This document shows positions 29,787-38,353 of a stretch of DNA of 64,000 bases, one piece after another. This DNA comes from Syntrophorhabdaceae bacterium (lineage in GTDB: Bacteria; Desulfobacterota; Syntrophorhabdia; Syntrophorhabdales; Syntrophorhabdaceae), in contig OY762209.1 in assembly GCA_963665295.1 (NCBI GenBank), positions 1,600,001-1,664,000 on the forward strand, given 5' to 3'. The first letter of the stretch is position 1. Every line of letters starts with the position of its first letter. The translations under genes were made by a program, and so were the position numbers. The notes under the pieces are model-generated. The model worked only from the letters and a program-made list of their open reading frames with translations, was not told where the DNA came from and searched no databases.

Positions 29787-30159
29787 AAAGGAGGTGGGCG
29801 TCATCAACATCATACCTTTCGTGGACATCATGCTGGTTTTGTTGACCATCGTGCTGACCACGTCCACCTTTATAGCCCGGGGTGCCATCCCCCTTGAACT
29901 GCCGAGGGCGTCGAGGCAGGCGGGGGAGGCGCTCAAGACCAGCACTATCGAGATTGACAACCGGGGATTGATATTTGTGGACGGGGCGGGGACGACGGTG
30001 GAAGGCCTCCCGCAAAGGATCGGGCAGGTAAGCCGGGATACGCCGGTCCTGATCAGGGCCGACAGGGGCGTGGCGCTCCAGGCTTTTGTGAATGTCATGG
30101 ACACGGTGAAGAATATGGGGTTCAGGCGGGTAAGCCTTCAGACGGAGACACGGAATTGA
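29779..30159 (+). CDS. exbD: Biopolymer transport protein ExbD
   Basis: [14 protein letters not shown] and IRAD motifs. Confidence 0.92.
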   Translation: MDEKEVGVINIIPFVDIMLVLLTIVLTTSTFIARGAIPLELPRASRQAGEALKTSTIEIDNRGLIFVDGAGTTVEGLPQRIGQVSRDTPVLIRADRGVALQAFVNVMDTVKNMGFRRVSLQTETRN

Positions 30160-30896
30160 AAGAAAACCGCAAGGCATGCATCTGGTCTGTCGCCATACAC
30201 CTCGTGGCGTGTGCCCTGGTCCTGGGGCTCGTAAAGGGGTCGGCCACCGAGAAAAGGATGATGGTCATCGATTTCAGCCTTGGGGATTCCACGGGGGCCG
30301 CGCAATCGCCGCCATCGCCGGGCGCAAGACCGGGACGGCGCGTCACGGAAACGCCCCGGCCGATCCCTGCAAAGGCCGCCCCGCAACGGGTCTTGCCTCC
30401 AAAAGAAGCGGTAAAGGAACCGGCCACCCGGATACAGCGGGCAGGGACAAGGGAAGACCAGGTCCCTGTATCGACGCTGAAAGGTGCGCCCTCTTCCGGT
30501 ATGGGAGCGCCCATCCCCTTTCCTGACCCGGGAGCGGAAGGACCGGCCGGGGCAGACGCCCGCGGACCGGGTCCCACATCATCCAAGGGCGGGGGAGGGA
30601 CGGAGCGGCCGGAGGTGAGATATGTGAAGGCGCACTTCGCCGCAATCCGGAACGCCATAGTACGCAACCTCTCCTATCCGAGGCTGGCCCGCAGGATGGG
30701 GTGGACGGGCACGGTCAAGGTTTCCTTTGTGGTCAATGAGAATGGGGGCGTGAACGATGTGAAGGTGCTCGCTACTTCCGGATTCGAAGTGCTCGACAAT
30801 AACGCCATAGAGACGATCAAACGGTGTTCTCCCTACCCGAAGCCGCCGTGTATGGCCGAGATGGTCATGCCCATCACCTACGCCCTCGACGAGTGA
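30156..30896 (+). CDS. tonB: Energy transducer TonB
   Basis: N-terminal TM with SxxxH, Pro-rich linker, YPRLARRMGWTG and SGFEVLD C-domain; TTG start. Confidence 0.88.
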   Translation: MKENRKACIWSVAIHLVACALVLGLVKGSATEKRMMVIDFSLGDSTGAAQSPPSPGARPGRRVTETPRPIPAKAAPQRVLPPKEAVKEPATRIQRAGTREDQVPVSTLKGAPSSGMGAPIPFPDPGAEGPAGADARGPGPTSSKGGGGTERPEVRYVKAHFAAIRNAIVRNLSYPRLARRMGWTGTVKVSFVVNENGGVNDVKVLATSGFEVLDNNAIETIKRCSPYPKPPCMAEMVMPITYALDE

Positions 30897-31024
30897 CCGG
30901 CAGGGCATTACGGAAGAAAGGGGACAAAAGGGCCTTGTGTTTCCGGCTTGACTCCGCCCCTCAAGGCATAATATTCTTGTCTGAGACACTTCACGCCATA
31001 AAAGAAGACGCAAAGGAGCATAAC

Positions 31025-31795
31025 ATGGAAGAAAAGATTCGCCGTATTGCCGAGTGGATCGTGGAATCGAAGAATGTGGTGGTCTTCGTGGGAGCGGGAC
31101 TGAGTACGGAATCGGGTATCCCCGACTTCAGGAGTCCCGGCGGCGTGTGGGACAAATACGACCCCGAGGATTTCTATTTCCACAACTTCCTTTCCAAGGA
31201 ATCGTCGAGGGAGAAATACTGGCAGATGACCACCGAGATGTATGACTCCATGAAAGACGCCTTGCCCAACGCGGGCCATTTCGCCATCGCGGAACTTGAA
31301 AAGCTGGGTAAACTCGATTGCCTTATCACTCAGAACATCGACGGCCTTCACTACAAGGCGGGCAATTCGGAGGCAAAAGTACTGGAACTGCATGGGACGG
31401 CCATGCACGTGACATGCCTCAGTTGCCACAAAAGATACGACAGGGACGAGGTGCAGGCCCGGATCGCACGGGGGGACAAGGCTCCCAGGTGCGACGCCTG
31501 CAAGGGCTTTCTCAAACCCGCCACCATTTCCTTCGGCCAGTCCATGCCGGAGTGGGAAACGGCGGAGGCTTCGAGGCGCTCGGAAGAATGCGACCTCTTC
31601 ATCGTCATCGGGTCATCCCTTGTGGTGCACCCCGCAGCCACCATGCCCGTTATCGCGAAGCGGGGAGGGGCGAGGCTCGTGATCGTCAACCGGGATGAAA
31701 CGGCGTGCGACAAGATGGCGGATATCGTGGTGAACGGCCCGGCGGGTCCCACCATGGCGGCGATCCTCGAGAACGTGAAACGTTTGATGGGATAG
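31025..31795 (+). CDS. cobB: NAD-dependent protein deacylase (sirtuin)
   Basis: GAGLSTESGIPDFRS, TQNIDGLH, LHGT, two CxxC, GSSL. Confidence 0.93.
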   Translation: MEEKIRRIAEWIVESKNVVVFVGAGLSTESGIPDFRSPGGVWDKYDPEDFYFHNFLSKESSREKYWQMTTEMYDSMKDALPNAGHFAIAELEKLGKLDCLITQNIDGLHYKAGNSEAKVLELHGTAMHVTCLSCHKRYDRDEVQARIARGDKAPRCDACKGFLKPATISFGQSMPEWETAEASRRSEECDLFIVIGSSLVVHPAATMPVIAKRGGARLVIVNRDETACDKMADIVVNGPAGPTMAAILENVKRLMG

Positions 31796-31804
31796 GGAGA
31801 GCAA

Positions 31805-32515
31805 ATGACGAAGACTATGAAGCGAATACTCCTCCTCTTCGCAGGGGGGCTCCTTATGCTCCTTCTGCCCGGTCCGCATGGTCCGTGGGCCGCGGATGAA
31901 GGCGGTCCTTCCTCCGGTGAGAGGCCGACCGTGCGCCCGAACATCGTCTATGTGGCCGACTTCTCCCTTGATGTAGATGCCCGGGAAAAGGGGGAAAGGC
32001 GTTCCCGCAGTCCGCTCCGGATACGGGAACGGTTGAAAGACCTTACGGATCAGTCGGACGAGACCCCGGATGAGAAGGCAAAGAAGATCGTCGATGCACT
32101 GGGCCGGGCGATTGTTGCGGCGTTGATCGACAAGGGCGTGAACGCAAAGCGCCTGGAGGGGCAGGGCGGGCCTTCTTCGGGCAGTTGGCTTCTCGAAGGT
32201 GAATTTGTGGAATACGGTGAAGGCGACCGGATGAAACGGGCCGTCATCGGGTTCGGAAGCGGCGCCGCCACCATGGAAGTGAGGGCGAAACTGAGCGAAG
32301 TCGTGGACGGGGGCGTGCGGCCCTTATTCGACTCGACGGTGGGGGGAAAGAAGAACAGGATGCCCGGGGCCGCGATCACGAGAAACCCCTACGCGGCCGC
32401 CGCAAAGTTCGTGGTCACGAAAAACGCCCCTGACAGGGACGTGAAGAAACTGGGCGGACAGATCGCCGATACCCTTTACGAATACATGGAGAAACAGGGG
32501 TTTGCCCGGCCCTGA
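31805..32515 (+). CDS. Exported protein, DUF4410-like
   Basis: Signal peptide; VYVADF and EGDRMKRAVIGFGSG motifs. Confidence 0.65.
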   Translation: MTKTMKRILLLFAGGLLMLLLPGPHGPWAADEGGPSSGERPTVRPNIVYVADFSLDVDAREKGERRSRSPLRIRERLKDLTDQSDETPDEKAKKIVDALGRAIVAALIDKGVNAKRLEGQGGPSSGSWLLEGEFVEYGEGDRMKRAVIGFGSGAATMEVRAKLSEVVDGGVRPLFDSTVGGKKNRMPGAAITRNPYAAAAKFVVTKNAPDRDVKKLGGQIADTLYEYMEKQGFARP

Positions 32516-32536
32516 TATTGCGCCGGTCCCCTCGGT

Positions 32537-32905
32537 CTACTTCATGGAAAACAGCCCTATCCTGTTTCCTTCCGTGTCGAGAAAGAGGGCGTAGTAACCG
32601 ATTTCCTCGCTTATTTTTGTCTTGGGGACGATGATTTTCCCCCCGGCCGGTCCTACGCGGCTGAGCGCTCCCGAGAGATCCTCTCCGCCGTTCAGGTACA
32701 CCGTAAGCCCCTTGGCGGAGGGTATGAAATCATGGTGCTTCACCAGGGCCCCGCCGTTTGCGTAGCCTTCCATGGGAAAAAAGGCGTGGGGCATGCCTTC
32801 GATATCCTGAAGCTCCATTTCGATCCGGAACAGTTCCGAGTAAAACTTCCTTGCCCGCTCCATGTCGGTAACGGGGATCTCGAACCATACTGCAAAATTT
32901 TCCAT
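32537..32905 (-). CDS. VOC/glyoxalase family protein
   Basis: WFEIPVTDMERARKFY and FLDTEGNRIGL; GGAGG RBS before ATG 32905. Confidence 0.9.
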   Translation of the reverse strand: MENFAVWFEIPVTDMERARKFYSELFRIEMELQDIEGMPHAFFPMEGYANGGALVKHHDFIPSAKGLTVYLNGGEDLSGALSRVGPAGGKIIVPKTKISEEIGYYALFLDTEGNRIGLFSMK

Positions 32906-33096
32906 ACACCGCCTCCTTGTCTTCTTCCACCTGCGCCTGATGGGGCGTACGCGATATAAGCAGAACCTAAATCCTCCGCCGGAGAGTTGCAAGGGATATA
33001 CTCCATGAATATCCTGGTTGTATTGAAGGGAAAGAGTGTGTAAACTAAGGCAAGAGCGGCGCAGTCATACGATGAAATTCCATCAAGGAGGTTTCC

Positions 33097-33570
33097 ATGA
33101 ACGATATCAAGAAGATTCTCGTGGTAAGCACATCGACGAAAACCTGTAAGAAAATGGTCCACTATGGGGTAACCCTCGCAAAACAACTGGGGGCGAAGCT
33201 CTATGTCCTCCATTCAGACTATGATCCCTTCGACCTCGAGGGCTGGGGGCTTCCCATACCGTCCCTTAAAGCCTTACGGGATAACTATCTGAGCACCCTG
33301 GAGTCCGACCGGATGGTGCTTAACAGGATCATCGAAAAGGAGAAAGCCCCCGGCATGGAGGTGAGCGTGGTGGTAAACCAGAACCCCATCGCGAAAGAGG
33401 TTCCGAAGATGGTCCAGGAAGAGGGTATAGACCTTCTCATCATGGTGGGTTTCGAAGAGGGACGGCTCGAACACTTCCTTTTCAGTGCGACCACCCATGA
33501 GATCGTGCGGACAATGCCCTGCTCGGTCCTGCTTGTCAAAGAGCATCACGAATGGGAGCCTGAAGAATAG
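33097..33570 (+). CDS. Universal stress protein
   Basis: IKKILV...IDLLIM...IVRTMPCSVLLV. Confidence 0.85.
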   Translation: MNDIKKILVVSTSTKTCKKMVHYGVTLAKQLGAKLYVLHSDYDPFDLEGWGLPIPSLKALRDNYLSTLESDRMVLNRIIEKEKAPGMEVSVVVNQNPIAKEVPKMVQEEGIDLLIMVGFEEGRLEHFLFSATTHEIVRTMPCSVLLVKEHHEWEPEE

Positions 33571-33608
33571 GGACGGACCTGTAGTCCCCCATTTCGCCTG
33601 ACTTTCCT

Positions 33609-34298
33609 TCAAGTGTCGGTGGAGGCGGGCCCGATGACCCGGCTCGGCTCTACCACCACTATTTTATTCTCCACGTGGGAAACACCCGGGGCGGACCAGG
33701 CAGTGCGTTCGGCCTCTTCCCGTTCCAGCCAGGAACGAACCTCACCGACGAGGACCACCGTGCCGTTTTGCGTGTGTACCTCGATGTTGTCTTCGTCGAG
33801 GTCTACCAGACGGCGAAAGGCGTCGTCGATCTTTGTCTTCACGTCGACAGGGAAGGCCTTAGGGGAGAAGACGATGAGGTCGGTTATCCCTTTCACGCCC
33901 GTAAGGCTGCGCACTATTTCCACAGCCTTCTCCTTCTGATACTCTTCGTCCACGGTGCCCTCCAGGGTGACCCAGCCCCTTGACGCGGTGACCCTGATAT
34001 TTTCGGCAGGCACCATCACATTCCATTTGAAATGGTACATTACCGCCTCCGCGAGGTCCGTGTCCGGCTTTTCGTCCCGCGGAAGAAGATCCACATCGAT
34101 TTCGTTTATGATTCCTTTTACTCCGGCGATCTTTTTTGCCGCCAATTCGGCGACCCATTTCTGGTGGAAATCCCTTACGTAACCACGGAACGTCACGATG
34201 CCGCCCTTTACGGTTACCGCTATGCGCGATGCATTGATCATGGGTTCGAAGTCAAGTTCATTCAATATGTCGTGCTGGATTTTCAGGTCGTTCTTCAT
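33609..34298 (-). CDS. BON-domain protein (OsmY-like)
   Basis: Three repeats of the G.V.L.G.V...A....GV..V.N pattern. Confidence 0.9.
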   Translation of the reverse strand: MKNDLKIQHDILNELDFEPMINASRIAVTVKGGIVTFRGYVRDFHQKWVAELAAKKIAGVKGIINEIDVDLLPRDEKPDTDLAEAVMYHFKWNVMVPAENIRVTASRGWVTLEGTVDEEYQKEKAVEIVRSLTGVKGITDLIVFSPKAFPVDVKTKIDDAFRRLVDLDEDNIEVHTQNGTVVLVGEVRSWLEREEAERTAWSAPGVSHVENKIVVVEPSRVIGPASTDT

Positions 34299-34513
34299 AG
34301 CGTTCCTCCTGGCCGCGAATATCCCCCAAATCTTTCTACTTATAACTTAATACGTTAAGACGGGTTTTTAAATAGTTATTCTGACTTTTAGGGAAAATGA
34401 GTTAGTGGATCTGGGGGCTGCACGGAGTGGGGGCGCCCCATGCGCCCCTTTGTAAAGGCATGCGTGGTTTCGCATGTGCCCCCGCGGGCCTTCCGGGGCC
34501 TGCGGTCACGATC

Positions 34514-34918
34514 TCAGAAGGTGAATTCCTTCGGAGGGGTGCCTTTCAGATCGCCCAGGAAGGCGGTTCCGTTTTCGAGATAGAATACCTCGAATTCAGG
34601 GTTTGAGGGGGACCGGTAGATCGATTTCACCAGTTCGCTCGATTCCATGGCCCTGGTCTTCGCACCCGGGTCCTGGGTGAACACGGCCCTGGCCCAGATC
34701 CTCGCATAGCTCGTGTCGGGACCGGATACGCTGAAACAGACATTCGGATTCGCCTTGATCTCCCGGAACACTTCCTTCGTGTTGGAGGTGCAGAAGTAGA
34801 GCTTCCCACCGTCCTCCGTCATAAACTGAAAGGGCCGCCCATTCGGCATTCCGTCTTCTTTCACTGTCGCAAGACAGCCCAGAGGACTCGCGTTCAGGAA
34901 ATCGATCAGTTCTTTCAT
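34514..34918 (-). CDS. Pyridoxamine 5'-phosphate oxidase-like (split barrel) protein
   Basis: LATV...P.GRPF and LYFCTSNTKEVFREIKANPNV. Confidence 0.85.
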   Translation of the reverse strand: MKELIDFLNASPLGCLATVKEDGMPNGRPFQFMTEDGGKLYFCTSNTKEVFREIKANPNVCFSVSGPDTSYARIWARAVFTQDPGAKTRAMESSELVKSIYRSPSNPEFEVFYLENGTAFLGDLKGTPPKEFTF

Positions 34919-34940
34919 GGTAACCTCCATGGTTTTGATA

Positions 34941-34958
34941 TTGTTCTATATAGAACAA
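34941..34958. promoter_or_regulatory. Palindromic operator, probable MarR site
   Basis: Perfect palindrome TTGTTCTATATAGAACAA; near-identical copy at 35409. Confidence 0.7.
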
Positions 34959-34972
34959 GTAATGCAAAAAAA

Positions 34973-35398
34973 TTATCTCAGGTTATTCTGAATTCTCGCG
35001 AGCAATCCTGTAAGTTCAGCCTTCTCGTCTTCCCTGAAGTCCCGGTATGTCTTCTCCAAAAGCGTGTCCGACACGCAGGTGAAGACCTCCTGAAAGGCCC
35101 TGCCTTTTTCCGTGAGGAAGACCCTGGTAGTCCGCTTGTCGACTCTGTCGGGTTCCTTGCGGATATAGCCGAGGGAAAGGAGCTTGTCCGTGAGGACCGT
35201 CACGGTGTTCTTCTTCTTCCCGATGCGCGCGGAGATATCCTTCATCGACATGCCGTCCCCGAAGTAAAGGGCAAACAGGATATCTCCGTGAGAAGGGGCG
35301 ATGTCGGTGACACCGCGCTTCTTAAGCTCCCCCGTGATCAACTCATGGGCGAGGCCCCTTATGGATGATATCACCGCGATAATCTTGCCTGTACTCAT
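34973..35398 (-). CDS. MarR-family transcriptional regulator
   Basis: SHGDIL, KNTVTVLTDKL, DKRTTRVFLTEKG winged helix. Confidence 0.9.
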   Translation of the reverse strand: MSTGKIIAVISSIRGLAHELITGELKKRGVTDIAPSHGDILFALYFGDGMSMKDISARIGKKKNTVTVLTDKLLSLGYIRKEPDRVDKRTTRVFLTEKGRAFQEVFTCVSDTLLEKTYRDFREDEKAELTGLLARIQNNLR

Positions 35399-35404
35399 AG
35401 GCTC

Positions 35405-35433
35405 ATTATAGTTCCATATAGAACTAATGTCAA
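35405..35433 (-). promoter_or_regulatory. Consensus sigma70 promoter with operator in the spacer; leaderless marR mRNA
   Basis: TTGACA-17-TATAAT, then 6 nt, then ATG; palindrome TAGTTCCATATAGAACTA at 35409-35426. Confidence 0.75.
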
Positions 35434-35518
35434 GGAGTATTTGTTCGTCCCGAGGGGGCCCGTGACGTCCCTGTTCCCTGCTCATCTTTTCACGGCTCCT
35501 CAGGGTCTCCCGCGTGTC

Positions 35519-36812
35519 GGCAATGTCAAGACTTATGTGTCAGCGAGAAAATGGGGGACGTCCCCTTCGATCTGTTCTCATACATGAAGATGGCATAGAG
35601 AATCCTGTCCATGCTCGTTTTATCACTGAACACCCCCATAGGTCTCGTCCTCCTCTTCACCTCTTTGAATCTCCTTTCTATGAGGTTGGTAGTGCGTATG
35701 CTCTTCCGGAAGGCAAGGTCCTTAAACATGAAACAGGTAAAGAGATCATCAATATCGGCAAAGAGGCACGTCACCGCATCAGGGTACGTGTCTTTCCATT
35801 TCTCTTTCCATAGCCCCGCATATTTCCTCGCCTCACGGATATGGGCGGCATTATAGATATCTCGTAGTCCTTCCCTTACCGCGTCCTGATCCTTCCTCTT
35901 TACCTTATCGGTGATGTTACGTATCTTATGAGCCCAGCAGCGCTGGATGGGGATGGAGGTATAATAATGACGGAGAACGGAAAGGAGTCCCTTTCCCCCG
36001 TCTACCGAGACTACCTCCACATTCTTCCCGGTGAGCCCTCTTGCAGAGAGATCACGAAGGAAGACATCCCATTCTGCGCTGCTCTCGGAGGAGGCAAGGC
36101 GGAAGTCGATGACCTCTTTCCTGCCGTCCTCGCGTATGCCCAGGACTACGAGGACAGGTCTCTTTGCGGCCCCCATGCCGGTCTTCCTGGAGAGGACCAC
36201 CCCATCCAAGATGAGCGCCTTGTAGATATTGGAGAGATGTCTCCTGTGGAATGCGGCCACATCCGCGTCGAGTGTCTTTACCACCCTGCTCACCGTACCG
36301 GGGCTCACCTTCTCCCCGAGAATGGTAAGGAGCGTTGCTCCTACCTTCCTGGTGGAGAGACCCAACAAGAAGCAGGAGAGGATGAGCCGGTCTACTTCCT
36401 TGCTTCTCCTCGCATAGGCTTCAATCACGTGAATCGGGTTATAGGTCCGCGTCCGGGGTATAGAGAGGGCTATATCTCCTATCTCGGTCAGCACGTGCCT
36501 GGGGTAACTTCCGTTCCTTCTGTCTGCTCCTTCGGGTACACGACCAAGATAATCGCTTATGGACTCCTTCATACGGTCCCGGAGGAAATTCCCTATGGCG
36601 TTGCGTCCGACCTCCCGGTAGTCATCGGTCCACCGCTCTTCTGAAAAACCATCCATTTCCTTTACCATTTTCATTGCCTGTGATAGATTGTTTACCATTA
36701 CATGCTGATTCATTCGGGGTACCTCCTCCTTGTCTATGTGCTTGGCGGTGCAAACGGCAAAGATCGAATGGTACCCCATCTTCTTTCTTGACACAAGAGA
36801 TTGTACATTGCC
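35519..36812 (-). mobile_element. IS256-family insertion sequence
   Basis: Imperfect 24-bp inverted repeats GGCAATGT...TGTGTCA; 8-bp target duplication CGCGTGTC at 35511-35518 and 36813-36820. Confidence 0.92.
35526..36713 (-). CDS. IS256-family transposase
   Basis: RNGSY, GLSTRKV, LILDG, QRCWAHK, RTTNLIER motifs; start ATG 36713 after GGAGG. Confidence 0.93.
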   Translation of the reverse strand: MNQHVMVNNLSQAMKMVKEMDGFSEERWTDDYREVGRNAIGNFLRDRMKESISDYLGRVPEGADRRNGSYPRHVLTEIGDIALSIPRTRTYNPIHVIEAYARRSKEVDRLILSCFLLGLSTRKVGATLLTILGEKVSPGTVSRVVKTLDADVAAFHRRHLSNIYKALILDGVVLSRKTGMGAAKRPVLVVLGIREDGRKEVIDFRLASSESSAEWDVFLRDLSARGLTGKNVEVVSVDGGKGLLSVLRHYYTSIPIQRCWAHKIRNITDKVKRKDQDAVREGLRDIYNAAHIREARKYAGLWKEKWKDTYPDAVTCLFADIDDLFTCFMFKDLAFRKSIRTTNLIERRFKEVKRRTRPMGVFSDKTSMDRILYAIFMYENRSKGTSPIFSLTHKS

Positions 36813-36872
36813 CGCGTGTCGAACCAATTGACATGAGCTATTTTGAAATGATACGTTGTACCAGGAAAATTT

Positions 36873-37649
36873 ATGAAAATAGCGATTTCAGGAAAAGGTG
36901 GAGTGGGAAAGACGACCCTTGCGGGGGTTATGGCGAGATGCCTCGCGGATAAAGGGCACAAGATACTGGCGGTGGACGCCGATCCGGACTCGAACCTCGC
37001 GAGCGCGATAGGCATAGACGAGGACAAACTGGGGGAGATCAAGCCTCTTGCACAGATGACGGAGTTCATCGAAGAGCGGACAGCCTCCAAGAGGGGGGAG
37101 TTGGGCTCCTTCTTCAGGCTCAACCCCAAGGTTGACGATATTCCCGAGAAGTTTTCCGTGGAGAAGGACGGGATCAAGCTCGTGGTCCTCGGCAATATTC
37201 CCGAAGGCGGAGGTGGTTGTTTCTGCGCGGAAAACGTGCTCTTGAAGAGCCTCCTTTCCCACGTGCTCATAGAGCGGGACGAGTACGTCATTGTGGACAT
37301 GGAAGCGGGCCTCGAACACCTGGGAAGGGGGAGCACGGCATACATCGACGCCCTCATCGTGGTGGTGGAACCCGGCCAGAGAAGTTTCCGGACCGCCCGG
37401 CAGGTTGAAAAGCTCGCTTCGGACCTGGGCATCCCCCATGTCTACCTTGCGGGGAACAAGATTGCCGATGAAAAGGATACGGCCCTCATGAAGGACCACC
37501 TGACAGGCATCCCCTTTCTCGGTTTCATGAGTTACAACGACAAGATCATGGAGGCGGACAGGCTCAATTTGTCGCCTTACGACATAGACACAAAGATCAG
37601 GGCCGAGGTGGAAACGATCATCGATGCCCTGGAAAAAGACATAAAATGA
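36873..37649 (+). CDS. cooC: CO dehydrogenase/ACS nickel-insertion ATPase (CooC/AcsF family)
   Basis: GKGGVGKTT, DADPDSNL, GGGGCFCAEN (CxC), DMEAGLEHLGRG. Confidence 0.88.
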   Translation: MKIAISGKGGVGKTTLAGVMARCLADKGHKILAVDADPDSNLASAIGIDEDKLGEIKPLAQMTEFIEERTASKRGELGSFFRLNPKVDDIPEKFSVEKDGIKLVVLGNIPEGGGGCFCAENVLLKSLLSHVLIERDEYVIVDMEAGLEHLGRGSTAYIDALIVVVEPGQRSFRTARQVEKLASDLGIPHVYLAGNKIADEKDTALMKDHLTGIPFLGFMSYNDKIMEADRLNLSPYDIDTKIRAEVETIIDALEKDIK

Positions 37650-38353
37650 GGAAAGCCTTCGTCCTCCTCAGCCTGACCGCGACGGGCATATTCTTGTCCT
37701 GCCTTGCCATCGTCTTCTCCTTTTTCGAGAAAGACAAACGCCTCGTGCACCTCATGTCAAAATGGTGGTCCCTGTGTCACCTGAAGGTAACGGGCATAAA
37801 GGTTTCCCTCCATGGTGCCGAACACCTGCCGGAACCGCCTTTCATACTCATGTGCAACCACCAGAGCGCCCTCGATATCTTCACCCTCATTGCCGGTCTT
37901 CCTCTGGTCTTCAAATGGCTCGCAAAGCGGGAACTCTTCCGCATCCCCTTTCTCGGGTGGGCCATGACAAGGGCCGACTATGTAAGTATCGACAGGGAAA
38001 ACCCCAGGGAAGCCCTGAAAGCCATAGATGAAGCGGGGCGCAAGATCAGGGAGGGGATGATCATCGTCATATTTCCTGAAGGCACGAGGAGCGAAGACGG
38101 GAACCTTCTCCCCTTCAAACAGGGCGTCTTCAATCTGGCCCAGAGGGCAAAGGTCCCCATAGTGCCCATAGGCATATGCGGAACCAGCCGCCTTCAGCCG
38201 AAAGGCAGTTTTATTCCGCAACAAAAAGGGATAGTATATATAAATATCGGTGAGCCTGTGGAGGTCTCAGGGAAAGGCAGCGCAGAGAAAGCCAGAATCA
38301 TGCATGAGGTGAGAGGCCGCATTGAAGGGTTGATGGCATGTCAGGAGACCTGA
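37646..38353 (+). CDS. plsC: 1-acyl-sn-glycerol-3-phosphate acyltransferase
   Basis: NHQSALD and FPEGTRS motifs. Confidence 0.9.
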   Translation: MRKAFVLLSLTATGIFLSCLAIVFSFFEKDKRLVHLMSKWWSLCHLKVTGIKVSLHGAEHLPEPPFILMCNHQSALDIFTLIAGLPLVFKWLAKRELFRIPFLGWAMTRADYVSIDRENPREALKAIDEAGRKIREGMIIVIFPEGTRSEDGNLLPFKQGVFNLAQRAKVPIVPIGICGTSRLQPKGSFIPQQKGIVYINIGEPVEVSGKGSAEKARIMHEVRGRIEGLMACQET

